A DNA stretch of 63,194 bases, filler included, from Chiloscyllium plagiosum (lineage: Eukaryota): the NCBI RefSeq assembly GCF_004010195.1. It is 3 parts of one record of this genome, joined end to end, with 100 filler letters (N's around TTAATTAATTAA, not from the genome) between each part and the next. Parts side by side here need not be neighbours in the genome. Positions count along the whole stretch, not along the records: positions 32,077 to 57,144 come from NC_057711.1; positions 57,245 to 63,194 come from NC_057711.1; 1 more part is not named here. One strand, written 5' to 3'. Both the position numbers and the translations under genes were made by a program. This document shows, one piece after another, positions 49,583 through 62,925 of this stretch (its first letter is position 1; every line of letters starts with the position of its first letter). The notes beneath the pieces are model-generated. The model was not told where the DNA came from. It searched no databases and saw nothing but the letters and a program-made list of their open reading frames with translations.

Positions 49583-50566
49583 CTGCATTTCGAAAGATAC
49601 AAATTGTATGAAGTGAGGTTATTCTGTAAACAGTAAATTAACTTTTAAAAAAAAAAACACTATTTTCTCATTATACTTTATAAACATAGTGCTTTTCTAA
49701 AAAAAAAAGTACAATACTTTGACCATGAAGGTGAATCAGCAAGGAATTTGAACATTTGACATGCGCAAATAGCTAACAGCAAGAAAGGGGCATGGTCAAA
49801 AACTCAGTACATTCAATGCAATTATTGTTAGCTTAACAAATCACTAAAATAGCTGATGAATGTAGAATTGGCACCCACAGCTGGGCCAATCCAAGAGCTG
49901 AAGGAAGAATCCAATTTAAATGATTAATTTGAAGCAGCCTTCTGATATACCCTCGAAAGCAGTAAAACAATAATTGTTTTGAGTATTACAGAAAAAAAAA
50001 TGGTTCAAACCTTTTCATTTGGCACTCATCACAGCACTTCAAGAATATCAAAACTTCAAAGGGAACAACAATTTATACTGTGTGAGATGAGGGTGCAGGT
50101 TGCATTTCCTGTGGGATAATAGCTACTCCAATCAGATCATAGCTTGTTGCATACTGAGCAAATTCCTGAACGTACCCAACACGTTACTTCCTGTGCTGAA
50201 GAGTGCCCAGTACACACCAGATTACTTTGGAATTTAAGGTGTCTCAAAATTCCAGCAACAGGTGAAGTCAGTCACCTGTTGCAACAAGACCAGCACTCGT
50301 CACACAGGATGCTGCCCCACAGTCAAACAGTCATTCTGCCTGCTACAAAAATAGGAAACATGTACATATTCAGTCCTGGGGTGATGCCAGGTATGTGGGA
50401 TACACTTCCTAAATGAATGGCAGATTGTATCAAACAGCATGTCCTTCAGCTGCTCATAATGGGCAGAGTACTGGCCATACAACCAGTCCATTCTTACAAA
50501 ATTCAGAACATAATGTCCAACCTTTGATATGGAGAACACTTGCTAAACAATTACATTAACAACTGT

Positions 50567-50875
50567 GGGTGGCACAGTGGCACAGTGGTTAGCACTGCTG
50601 CCTCACAGCGCCAGAGACCCGGGTTCAATTCCCGCCTCAGGTGACTGTGTGTGTGTGGTGTTAGCACATTCTCCCTGTGTCTGCGTGGGTTTCCTCCGAG
50701 TGCTCTGGTTTCCTCCCACAGTCCAAAGATGTGCAGGTCAGGTGAACTGGCCATGCTAAATTGCCAGTAGTGTTAGATGAAGGGGTAAATGTACGGGTGG
50801 GTTGTGCTTCTGCGGGTCGGTTTGGACTTGTTGGGCCGAAGGACCTGTTTTCACACTGTAAGTAATCTAAGTAAT
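50567..50875 (+). mobile_element. HE1-type V-SINE, followed by a PLE terminal fragment (about 50915-51062)
   Basis: gggtggcacagtggcacagtggttagcactg...ggttcaattcc...gtaatctaa. Confidence 0.88.
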
Positions 50876-51694
50876 TCAAGGGGTTCACAGTGTCACTTCG
50901 CTATGTGTGTTGTAAGCTACCCCCCCCTCCATTTACCTCTCCACTCTGGAGGCTTCCTGCCTCTATTCCTGATGGAGGGCTTTTGCCTGAAACGTCGATT
51001 TTCCTGCTCCTTGGATGCTACCTGACCTGCTGTGCTTTTCCAGCACCACTCTGATCTAAACTGTGTGTGTTGTAAGTCACATATTCACTAGCATGACCCT
51101 GTCCTTTGCAAACACAGAGTATGCAAATGAATTGCACCTTTTTCACCTGGAGAAAACCTTGAAGGACAACACTGCCTGGTACATTCCCTGTGGCAATGCT
51201 TGATGAATCAAACTCAAACTGCCGGGCTGAATTTAAACAAAAGCTTGGCAGTTAATTGTTCCCATTATATTCTCTATGGCAATGCCTCTCTCAATCAGAT
51301 TCCACCTGCTAACCAATCAGCATTCTGTCCTTTTGAAGTATAATGGCATTCCCTTTGAAATTTGATATTGTGATTCAGTCCTGATGACTGTAAGCCAAAA
51401 CTTTTCAACATCATGTTTTTTCTCAAGTATTGTACTGTCAAGCAACTAGTTAAAATTAATTTCCCAAAACATACAAATACATAAGAAATTTACAATGGAA
51501 GCACCTGCCCACAAATGCTAAATATTGACTTTTGTTTTAACAGATACTGTAGGTTAGAACCGGTTTTCATTTACTGATTTTATTGATAGTGGATCACCTC
51601 CAACTGAAAATCATGTTACTTCATGGTTTCATAGTAACATTTTTCAATATCTATATCTTTCGTTAAAATACACCTATTTTGGGAGAAACAAGAT

Positions 51695-52370
51695 TAGGAA
51701 AGCAATAGTGATAAATTATTCAACAGTTAGGAGAGCAGGCAGGTATTTCTGTAGTGGCAAATGATATTCAAGGGTGCTATGTTGCTTTCTTGGTCTCAGG
51801 GTCCAGTATGGCACCGATCAACTGCAGACATTCTGAAGCTTGTTAGCTGTATTGGTACCAACGACAAGCAAGCAATCAGGAAACAGACTAATGAATTGGA
51901 CTTCATAAGGTCATAATCTCTGAATTGCTTTCAATGCCGTGCGTTTCAGCGCACAGAAATAAGAGAATACAGCAGGTGTACAGTTGCTAGAGAAATAGTG
52001 CAGGTGAGAGGGTTTTACATTCCTGAAGCATTGGGATTAGTTCTGGGAAAGTGGGACACGCACAGATCAAAGGGTTTGCAGTTAAACAGAGTCAGGATCA
52101 AGATCCTTACAGAAAGATTGCTAGTGCTGGGGAAAAAAGGGAAGACAAGTAGCAGTAGGATAACAAATAATAGGGTCTGGTGTGAGGATGGAATGAAAGA
52201 GAATACAAGAACAATTAAATTGGGTTGTGCACACAAAGACAAAGTATGGTAAAGGAGGTTAGTGAATTCCTGGCAAGAATAGCCTCGTTGGGATATGACG
52301 ATATGGTGCTAAATGAAACTAGATTCAAAACAGGAAGAGGGCGATCAGGTATCAAATATAGAGGATCCAA
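51695..52370 (+). mobile_element. Old CR1 ORF1 (SGNH esterase-like) to ORF2-start remnant
   Basis: Degenerate AIVI.DS.VR, CCLPG.RV and YD..V..ETW-like motifs. Confidence 0.5.
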
Positions 52371-53034
52371 ATAGATTCTGGACATGACTGCTGGACTTGC
52401 AGGACATCTTATCTATCCATCAGAATAATGCAGTCCCTCCTCTTCTCATAGCCATACATAAGAAATTACATTTAAAACGCCAATCAAAGTAGGCAATTTG
52501 ATTTAAATGAAATCCATAATAGCTGCTTTTAAGTAACTGCAAGATTTGAGTTGAGTTCGAAGCAATTATTTAATAACCGAGTCTATAAACTTTGGTTCAA
52601 CCATATTCTATCGATGGCAATCCTAGAATAAAATAACTACATTTCCATTCCCATCACATTTAAACCATACTCAAGGTTGGTATCAGCCAGGAGAATATTG
52701 ATATTCGAAGATAAAATCACAGCCATTAAGGTAGTGTTAGGCAAAGTCATGGTGCGATACAGGAAATGTATAGATCAGAGAATGGGCTGCAGTTAAAATG
52801 ATCAAGTTGAAAGTAATTTTCTTGGTGGATTGCAAGCAACCTCGATAGTAAAGTAATAGAAACAAGATCAAGGAAAATAAAGTACCAAGTATTTCAGATA
52901 AGACGAGCGCTCAACTTTCTTAAATTGGAGGGAGGCTTTATGGATGATTATTAACAGGAATTAAACTAGAAAATCTAATTATCTGACTTAAGGTGAGTAT
53001 ATATCAAGGTAATAACAAACTTTGTTAAAAGTAC

Positions 53035-53170
53035 CTTCTTACAGTTTCCCATATATGTTTTGAGCGGACAACTAAATCATAATTGGTTTTCTTGTCCAGT
53101 TGTCTGTTTTGCTTTAGTTCTTTTTTCTGATTTTTGTAATCACCCCATTTAGGTTTCTTCGCTGTTGTGC
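53035..53170 (-). CDS. PUM3: PUM3 exon (GTTAKKPKWGDYKNQKKELKQNRQLDKKTNYDLVVRSKHIWETVRR)
   Basis: tttag|GC...AG|gtact, 136 nt. Confidence 0.95.
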
Positions 53171-54452
53171 CTAAAATACAAAATATTACTAGCTTCACTT
53201 CATACCCAACACATAATATCTGGCATATTATACATGAACTTAAAATCAAATATAGGCTACTACATAGCGATGTCTGATATATTCAAGAGACCTTTTGCAT
53301 CATTCAGAAATGGAGGAAAAGCAATAACGTCTGAGCATACATCCCGAGGCATGGAATTAGTTAAAAAAAGAATAAAAATTAACAAGGTAAGATTCCTAAA
53401 ATAATTATAAAATGATTATATTAGATTAGGTTTCTAAAACCTAAGAATAAGCAGATCATTTGGTTACATCTACCTAAAACAAAGATTTTACTGTTGGTAA
53501 GCATATACCTAAGGGGCACAACAGCAATATAATTTTCTTTGTTCTCCATTTTCGATGTTCTCCACATCAAGGAGAAGGGAACTGTGTTTACGGCCTTCCA
53601 AGCAAGAACTATAACCTCACAGTGAGAGCTAGAGGAATGGTAGATTTGTGTTAATTGAAGTTCTACATGAAAGAATGGTGAAGGCAACATGACTTTTAAA
53701 AGAAAAATTGCATTGGACTGGCAGGTTCATTCCTGTACTTGATAAAATGAAATCTTCAAATCTTTGAAGGTGAGTCCAAATAACAGTGCAACAATAATTG
53801 TGGTGCACGCAGATGGGTCAAGCTAGCAGTTTAACTGGTACTGCTCTCCGACCTACATTGGAAACAAACACTCAAAAACAACATCGCAATGTCATCCAAG
53901 ACCAAGAAGCCATGTATAGACAACTATACCGATTGCTCAGCAGCATATAAGTCAGCATGGCACAGCACATAAGATTGATGGCTGTTGTTCCATTATTTAT
54001 GTGGCAACATTTTTTTCTTCCAATAATTACAAAACATAAAAAGTCTGACAAATTGCATCAGCACTAGTTAAATAAGCAGACGCTTTAGAAACAAATTTGT
54101 TGTCAATAATTGGCAAGGTTTTTAAACATTTAAGTATCTGTTCACTCATTTAAATAATTCTTCAACTGTATTTATTGATGAATGTATAAGGGTTTGGAAT
54201 ATTAATCCAAAACAACTTGAAGAAAATATATACATAATTTAAAAGCAATAAGTTACATGTATATTCATATTATATACAAAACAGACAAAGTTTGAAATGA
54301 CCCAAAATCCAGTCAATGATTTTCATGCATCCGTATTTTATCTACAAATTTTAAAAGATGGATTTGTAAAATTTTCTTAAAAAGATCAGCAATTACTTGC
54401 ATTTTCATTTGCAAAGGAAAGTTCCACTAAAATAAATAAATCAGCTCCATAC

Positions 54453-54650
54453 CCTCTTTGTTTCCAGAAAACAGTTTCCGTTTTTTTCCAGTCTGCTGCT
54501 TTCCCTTGAACTTTGCGGCATATATTTTTCCAGTACCATGTTCCAGCTTTTTGGGATTATTTGTTTCTGTCTCTTTCTCCTTCTTTTGAGTGATGAACTT
54601 TGATTTTCCTTTTCCATCTCCACCATTCAATTTTTTCAGAGTTTCAGAAC
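54453..54650 (-). CDS. PUM3: PUM3 exon, Lys-rich N-terminus (GSETLKKLNGG...TGKKRKLFSGNKE)
   Basis: tgtag|GT...G|gtatg, 198 nt, phase 1/1, KKRK motif as in PUM3 N-terminus. Confidence 0.8.
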
Positions 54651-54687
54651 CTACATAACAAAGTAAGTTAGACATATTCTACAGTAA

Positions 54688-54889
54688 GGAGAAAGTGAGG
54701 TCTGCAGATGCTGGAGATCAGAGATGGAAATGTGTTGCTGGAAAAGCGCAGCAAGTCAGGCAGCATCTAGGGAACAGGAGAATCGAACAAACTTTCCTCA
54801 TTCCTGAAGGAGGGCTAATGCCCGAAACGTCGATTCTCCTGTTCCCTAGATGCTGCCTGACCTGCTGCGCTTTTCCAGCAACACATTTC
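54688..54889. mobile_element. Palindromic mini-PLE with 15-bp TSD catattctacagtaa
   Basis: Inverted arms; perfect TSD at 54673-54687 and 54890-54904. Confidence 0.9.
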
Positions 54890-55719
54890 CATATTCTACA
54901 GTAATAAAACATACAAGTCCCTGGCTTTTAAATGCCTTACAGTTTACACAATGAGTAGCTGTGGCTTGTTTGTATAGAATTTCAAGCAAGTGAAAGACGA
55001 GCAAATGTGACAAGAGAAAGCACTAAAGAGATTGCAAGATTACAAAGGGGGAAATGACAGTGTAGTAGTGATATCACTGCACTATAAACCTGGAGAGCCA
55101 TGTTAATGGTCTGGGACATGGGTTCCAATAGAAACTAGAGGAATTTAAGTTAAATTAATATAAATCCATAATCTAATGGTGATAATGAAATGATCAATTG
55201 TTGCAAAATCTCAACTGGTTCACTAATGACCTTTAAGGAAGTAGATTTGTTGCTCTGATCCAGTTTGGCTTAGATGTGATTCCAGACTTTCAAATACCCT
55301 CTGAAATAATAAGTCTCTCAGCTCAAAAAGGAATTAGGGATGGACAACAAATGCTCCAATTACCAGCAACATTCACATCCCATTAACTAAACTAAAAAGG
55401 TGCTAGAATTAAAGAATGAGAAGGAGGAGGATGGAGCAGCCACACGTGAAACGTAAAAATCAACATAGACCACTTGGTCAGATTACCATTTGGGTCCTGT
55501 GTAGATTTTCTTTTTGAAAAAGTGCACAATTCCGGATTTCAAATGAAACATAACTTGTGAAAAATCAATTGTTAATTTGAAGCTGAGCTTTGATATACAT
55601 GAACTGTTCTGTACAAATATTTTAATTCAAAAATAATTCCTAATTTCTCTTAAAACATAATGTATTTCGTGATCTGTACAGTTGCAAGCGCAAAGCTTTT
55701 GTATTTGTAAAATAGTTAC

Positions 55720-55747
55720 CTGAAAGTTTATCAGAATTTGATTTCAT
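55720..55747 (-). CDS. PUM3: Probable first coding exon of PUM3 (MKSNSDKLS-G)
   Basis: ATG at 55747-55745, donor CAG|gtaac at 55720, phase 1 matches the next exon (G|GT); acceptor at 55749 or 55760. Confidence 0.55.
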
Positions 55748-55825
55748 TTCTAAATACAACCTAACATTAGAAGTGGAATTACATTTAAATATTTTATTAT
55801 TTTCAAATGCCAAAAATCTCCTTCA

Positions 55826-56155
55826 CAGAAGCCCCACAGTGGGGAAACAGACCATTTGACCCAACAAGTCCACACTGACCCTCTGAAGAGTGACCCACCC
55901 AGATCCATTCCCCATTACTCTACATTTACCCCTGACCAATACATCTCACCGACACATCCCTGAACACTATGGGGTAATTTAGCATCGCCAATCCACCTAA
56001 CCTCCACATCTTTGGACTGTAGGAGGAAATCTGAGGAAACCCACACAGACACAGGGAGAATGTGCAAACTCCACACAGACAGTTGCCAAAGGGCGGAATC
56101 AAACCTGGGTCCCTGGTTATGTGAGGCAGCAGTGCTAACCACCAAGCCACTGTGC
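55826..56155 (-). mobile_element. HE1-type V-SINE
   Basis: tRNA head and V-domain on minus strand. Confidence 0.85.
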
Positions 56156-56513
56156 CTACTGAAATCTACTGAAATAACTAAATTGACCTTCGATTGCAAC
56201 CAAGAATAAAATGAGACAAAATCCATTTCTGCATCTTTGACTAAATAGAAAACACAGATTGGTAACAACTAAACTGGTGAAATTGGCTGAAAGATTAATT
56301 TTGTAACTATTTCGCAAATCACATAGAAGAGGCCTATTCTTCACTTGCACTGGAAACATAACTAATTCCAAGACTAAAGTATTTATTAATAAAAATACTA
56401 AACTTGTATTGTTCTGATTAGTCATGTTATTGAATTAGCAGTACGCGACCCTACTTGCCACTGACCTCAAAGCAAGCCATTCACAGAGTCCTGATCTCTG
56501 CAGCACAGCCCTC

Positions 56514-56786
56514 ATAGAATCATTGAATCCCTGCAGTGTGGAAGCAGGCCATTCGGCCCACTGAATCCACACCAACCCTCTGAGGAGCATCCCACCCAGA
56601 CTCACCCCATCCCTGTAGCCCTGTACGTTCCATGGCCAATCCACTTCCCCTGCACATCTTTGGACAGTGGGATGAAACCAGAAAACTTGGAGGAAACCCA
56701 CACCGACAGTTACCCAAGAGTGGAATTGAACCTGGGTCCCTGTTACTGTGAGGCAGCAGTGCTAATCACTGAGCCACCATGCTGTC
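56514..56786 (-). mobile_element. HE1-type V-SINE (internally deleted)
   Basis: tRNA head and LINE-like tail on minus strand. Confidence 0.8.
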
Positions 56787-56944
56787 CCTGAGTGACTGAA
56801 ATGTGGTGCAAAGTCGAGGAGACCTCTAGCAGTGATAGCAAACAGGGTAAACAGCCAATCAAATTGAAATATTTCCAAAGACAGCAAAGCAGAAACAGTA
56901 AAACAGAACTATGAATCCCTTCACTTTTAATTTAAAATTACAGA

Positions 56945-57144
56945 TAGAGTCATAGAGATGTACAGCATGGAAACAGACCCTTCGGTCCAACCTGTCCATG
57001 CCGACCAGATATCCCAACCCAATCTAGTCCCACCTGACAGCACCTGGCCCATATCCCTCCAAACCCTTCCTATTCATATACCCATCCAAATGCCTCTTAA
57101 ATGTTGTAATTGTACCACCCTCCACCACATCCTCCGGCATCTCA
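56945..57144 (-). mobile_element. CR1 3' tail cut by the spacer
   Basis: tagagtcatagagatgtacagcatggaaacagaccc; same family as 28947-29460. Confidence 0.88.
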
Positions 57145-57244
57145 NNNNNNNNNNNNNNNNNNNNNNNNNNNNNNNNNNNNNNNNNNNNTTAATTAATTAA
57201 NNNNNNNNNNNNNNNNNNNNNNNNNNNNNNNNNNNNNNNNNNNN
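57145..57244. other. Artificial contig-join spacer (44 N + TTAATTAATTAA + 44 N)
   Basis: Same 100-bp structure as 31977-32076. Confidence 0.97.
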
Positions 57245-57489
57245 TTAACACACACATTCTCTCTCATACACAATCTCACGCACTCTCTCTCACACACTCT
57301 GTCTCACACACAATCTCACACACATAGACACACTCTCACACACTCTCCCTCTCACATACACACACACTCACACACAGAGACTCTCTCTCACACATACTTA
57401 CACATACACAGTCTCTCACGTACACACACTCGCACGCACACACTCTCTTACACACACACACACACACACTCTCTCTCAAATGCACATAA

Positions 57490-57805
57490 CACGGTGGCAT
57501 AGTGGTTAGCACTGCTGCCTCACAGCGCCAGAGACGCGGGTTCAGTTTCCATCTCTGGCAACTGTCTGTGTGGTGTTTGCACATTCTCCCTGTGTCTGCG
57601 TGTATTTCCTCTGGGTGCTCCGGTTTCCTCCCACAGTCCACAAAATGTGCAGGTTAGGTGAATTGGCCATGCTAAATTGCCCGTAGTGTTAAGTGAAAGG
57701 GTAAATGTAGGGGAATAGGTCTGGGTGAGTTACTCTTTGGAGGGTCGGTGTGGACTTGTTGGGCCGAAGGGCCTGTTTCCACACTGTAAGTAATCTAATC
57801 TAATC
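57490..57805 (+). mobile_element. HE1-type V-SINE inserted in CA/CT low-complexity sequence
   Basis: cacggtggcatagtggttagcactg...(taatc)n. Confidence 0.88.
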
Positions 57806-58998
57806 AAACATATAAGCTCTCTTTCACACACACACGCTCTCTCTCATACGCATTCTCACACACACTCAATCTCGCGCACTCTCTCTCTCACACACACATT
57901 GATACTTCCTCACACAATTTCTCACATACTCTAACATGCAAACACTCTCCCATACTTACATACACACAATGTCTCTTACACATACACACTCTGTCACACA
58001 CACTCACTCTCTCATATCCATGCACTCTCATACATACGTTGTCGCAGACACACACACATATACACGTTCTCTCTCTCACACATACTCACACACACACTCC
58101 TTCACACGTTCACGCTCTTTCTCACACACAACCCTTACATTCTCTCAGACACACACTCACATATACTACACACACACATTCTCTCTCGCACACACTCTCT
58201 ATTCACAAACTCTGTCTCACATATACCTACACACTACACTCTCTCTCACGCATATTCTCTCACATACATGTGCAAACAAACACTCACATCTCATACTCCC
58301 TCAGAAACACATGCATCTTCAGACACTCTTTCACACACTCTCTCACATGTACCCTCTCCCACATTCTCTCACACACCCTTCTCTCACGTACACACTGACA
58401 CACCCCTCATCCATTTACAGTTGATATCCAGCTTGTATATTTCATCTTACATTTAATAACTTTCTCCGGGTTAGTAAGCAATAAAATTCATCTTTCTTTC
58501 ACTCAAGAAATCCTTGTAATTTGCTCCTGTAATTTTAACAAGCAACTATAACTACATGTTACTAAAATGTGATATTATTGAATGCTGAAAATAGTTTGAA
58601 AATTTGTCTTGTCAACTGAGGAGATTAACAAAAACAGAGAGAATTCAAACTTTCATGCCTAGTATGTGTATACTAGATACTGTCCTGCACGCAGATAAAT
58701 GAAATTTGAACAAAAAGCTCCATTTAATAGTTTATTTCAACACACACGCACACAAACACGCACACACAAACAAATACACACATACACACATACACAAACA
58801 CATACACACATAAACACAAACACATGCACACAAACACGAACACACACAGACTCGCACAAACACATGCACGCTTACACAAACACACACATATACACACATA
58901 TACACATACAAACACATACACATACACACACAAGCATACACACATACTCTCACACATGTACACACACAAATGCATACACACACAAGCACATGCACACT

Positions 58999-59702
58999 NN
59001 NNNNNNNNNNNNNNNNNNNNNNNNNNNNNNNNNNNNNNNNNNNNNNNNNNNNNNNNNNNNNNNNNNNNNNNNNNNNNNNNNNNNNNNNNNNNNNNNNNNN
59101 NNNNNNNNNNNNNNNNNNNNNNNNNNNNNNNNNNNNNNNNNNNNNNNNNNNNNNNNNNNNNNNNNNNNNNNNNNNNNNNNNNNNNNNNNNNNNNNNNNNN
59201 NNNNNNNNNNNNNNNNNNNNNNNNNNNNNNNNNNNNNNNNNNNNNNNNNNNNNNNNNNNNNNNNNNNNNNNNNNNNNNNNNNNNNNNNNNNNNNNNNNNN
59301 NNNNNNNNNNNNNNNNNNNNNNNNNNNNNNNNNNNNNNNNNNNNNNNNNNNNNNNNNNNNNNNNNNNNNNNNNNNNNNNNNNNNNNNNNNNNNNNNNNNN
59401 NNNNNNNNNNNNNNNNNNNNNNNNNNNNNNNNNNNNNNNNNNNNNNNNNNNNNNNNNNNNNNNNNNNNNNNNNNNNNNNNNNNNNNNNNNNNNNNNNNNN
59501 NNNNNNNNNNNNNNNNNNNNNNNNNNNNNNNNNNNNNNNNNNNNNNNNNNNNNNNNNNNNNNNNNNNNNNNNNNNNNNNNNNNNNNNNNNNNNNNNNNNN
59601 NNNNNNNNNNNNNNNNNNNNNNNNNNNNNNNNNNNNNNNNNNNNNNNNNNNNNNNNNNNNNNNNNNNNNNNNNNNNNNNNNNNNNNNNNNNNNNNNNNNN
59701 NN
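58999..59702. other. Assembly gap (704 N) inside CA-rich low-complexity sequence
   Basis: N run flanked by degenerate (CA)n. Confidence 0.97.
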
Positions 59703-60129
59703 ACACATACATGCACAAACACACACATGCATACATGCACACATACACACACACGTAGCCACACACAACTACATGCACACTTACACATGCACACATACAA
59801 ACACACACACATATACATGCAGACACACACACACAAATGCATACACACACAAAAACACATACACAAAAACACACACAGGAATGTGCAAACACATATACAC
59901 ACAGACAAACACACAAACCCATGCATAGATACAGACATACACGCAAGCACATACGCAGACACAGATGTGCACACACACACATGCACACACACAAACACAT
60001 ACACACACACAATAACACACACAGACATGTACACACACAAATGTAAACACACACATACAAACAAATACACACACAAACACACACATACATACATACACAC
60101 ATACACAAACAAACACATACACACAAGTA

Positions 60130-62925
60130 AATAGAACATAGAACAATACAGCACAGAACAGGCCTTTCGGCCCTCAATGTTGCGCTGACCTGTGAACTAT
60201 TTTCAGCTCGTCCCCCTACACTATCTCATCATCATCCATGTGCTTATCTAAGGATTGTTTAAATCTCCCTAATGTGGTTGAGTTAACTACATTAACAAGT
60301 AGGGCATTCCACGCCCTTCCCACTCTCTGAGTAAAGAACTTGCCTCTGACCTCTGTCTTAAATCTATCACCCCTCAATTTGTAGTTATGTCCCCTAGTAC
60401 AAGCTGACATCATCATCCTAGGAAAAAGACTTTCACTGTCTACTCTATCTAACCCTCTGATCATCTTGTATGTCTCTATCAAATCCCCTCTTAGCCTTCT
60501 TCTTTCCAATGAGAACAGACCCAATTCCCTCCAGACCTTCCCTCCAGACCAGGCAACATCCTGGTAAATCTCCTTTGCACCTTTTCCAATGCTTCCACAT
60601 CCTTCCCGAAATACGGCAACCAGACCTGTACAGTATTCCAAGGGCGGCCGCACTAGCATTTTGTATTGTTGCAGCATGATATTGTGACTCCGGAACTCAA
60701 TCTCTCTACCAATGAAACCTAACACACCGTATGCCTTCTTAATAGCATTATCCACCTGGGTGGCAATTTTCAGGGATCTATGTACATGGACTCCAAGACC
60801 CCTCTACACATCCACACTACCAAGAATCTTTCCATTGACCCAGTACTCTGCCTTCCTGTTATTCTTCCCAAAGTGAATCACCTCACATTTATCTGCATTG
60901 AACTCCATTTGCCACTTCTCAGCCCAATTCTGCAGTTTATCCAAGCCCCCCTACAACTTGTAACATTCTTCCACACTGTCCACTACTCCACCAACGTTAG
61001 TGTCATCTGCGAATTTCCTAATCCATCCACCTATGCCTGCGTCTAAGTCATTTATAAAATTGACAAAATGCAGTGGTCTCAAAACAGATCCTTGTGGCAC
61101 ACCACTAGTAACTGGACTCCAGGCTGAATATTTGCCATCAACCACCACTCGCTGCCTTCTTTCAAAAAGCCAGTTTCCAATCCAAACTGCTAAATCATCC
61201 TCAATCCCATGTCTCTGTATTTTCTCCAACAGCCTACCATGTGGAACCTCATCAAAGGCTTTACTGGAGTCCATGTATACCACGTCAACTGCTCTACCCT
61301 CATCTACATGCTTGGTCACCTTCTCAAAAAACTCAATGAGGTTTGTGAGACACGACCTGCCCTTGACGAACCATGTTGACTATCTGAAATCAAATTGTTG
61401 CTTGCGAGATGATTATAAATCCTATCTCTTGTAATCCTTTCCAAAACCTTTCCTACAATAAAAGTAAGGCTCACTGTTCTATGATTACCCGGATCATCTC
61501 TACACCCTTCTTGAACAAGGGCACAACATTTGCAATCCTCCAGTACTCTGGTACCAAACCTGTAAACAATGACCACTCAAATATCAAAGTCACTTGACCA
61601 CTCTGCTATCTCCTCCCTAGCTTCCCAGAGAATACTCGGAAAAATCCCATCTGGCCCAGAGGACCTGTCTACTTTCACTCGTTCTAGAATTGATAACATC
61701 TCTTCGTAACTAGCCTGGATTCTTTCTAGTCTAGTATCTTGTATCTCATTCTTCTCCTCTATAATATTCTCCTTTTCCTGAGTGAAAACCGATGAGAAAT
61801 GTTCATTTAGCACCTCTCCGATCTCCACAGGGTCCACACTCAACTTCCCACTTTTGTCTTTGACCGGACCTATTCCTACCCTAGTCATCCTTTTATTCCT
61901 CACATACCTATAGAAAGGGTTCTCCTTTATTCTATTTGCTAAAGACTGTTCGTGTCCTCTCTTTGCTCTTCTTAACTCTCTCTTTAAATTGTTCCTAGCT
62001 GATCTGTAACTCTCCATCACCTCATCTGAACTATCTTGTCTCATCAACACATAAGCTTTCTTCCGCTTAAAAAGAGATGCAAACCACTTATCCCTTTCTC
62101 CCTGCCTGACAGGGACATACCTATCAAGGACACACAATATCTGTCCCTTAAACCAGCTCCACATTTCCATTGTCTGCATCCCCTGCATTTCGCTACCCCA
62201 CTCTATGTATCCTAATTCCTGCCTAATTACATTATAATTGCCCTTGCCCCATCGATAACTCTTGACCTGTGGCATGTACTTTTCCCTTTCCATCGCTACA
62301 CTAAACATAACTGAATTATGGTCACTCTCTCCAAAGTGCTCACCTACAGCTAAATCAAACACCTGGCCTGGTTCATTACCAAGCACCAGATCAAATGTGG
62401 CCTCCCCTCTTGTCGGCCCTTCGCCATACTGTGTCAGAAAACCCTCCTGTACACATTGGACAAAAACTGATCCATCCGACGTACAAGAGTTATAGCATTT
62501 CCAGCCAATGTTGGGGAAGTTAAAGTCCCCCATAATGACCACCCTGTTCCTTTCACTCCTACCCAGAATCATTTTGTATGTGTATGTCTCTCTCCTCCAC
62601 CTCCCTGGAACTCTGCGGAGGCCTATAAAAAAACTCCAAGCAGTGTGACCTCCCCTCTCCTGTTTCTTACCTCAGCCCACACTACCTCGGTCGACGAGTC
62701 TTTCAGCCACTGTTATACTATCCTTGACTAACAAGGTCACACCTCCCCCTCTTTTACTGCCTTGCCTGTTCTTAATGAAAGATCTAAACCCTGGAACCTG
62801 CAACATCCATTCCTCACCCTGCTCTATCCATGTCTCCGAAATGGCTACAATATCAAAGTGCCAGGTGAGCTGCAAGCTCACCTACCTTATTTCGGATACT
62901 TCTGGCATAAAGTAGATACATTTAA
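60130..62925 (-). mobile_element. CR1-type LINE, near-complete but disrupted ORF2 (APE plus RT) with (TGTTCTA)n tail
   Basis: ARSIRNKVGEL start, FDIVAISETW, VVIMGDFNFP, SDHNSV, VDVVYMDSSKAFDEVPH, SGVPQGSVL, KFADDT, C-terminal RGDLIETYK. Confidence 0.95.

Larger units (their letters stand above)
32766..55747 (-). other. PUM3: Pumilio homolog 3 (Puf-A/KIAA0020), partial gene: 13 coding exons, 3' exons missing
   Basis: Exons sum to 1334 nt with consistent phases; peptides AFAHDSARVIQC, KMLRHSEASAIVEYAYNDKA, AHTHDGSRVAMHCLWHGT and YLLSPRDPAH match PUM3. Confidence 0.95.
57248..60125. repeat. Degenerate (CA)n/(CT)n low-complexity tracts (57248-57480, 57810-58405, 58740-60125)
   Basis: Direct inspection. 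Confidence 0.9.

Noticed and set aside
57336..60177. His/Thr-rich and Cys/Val-rich long ORFs
   Set aside because: These are translations of (CA)n low-complexity DNA and N runs
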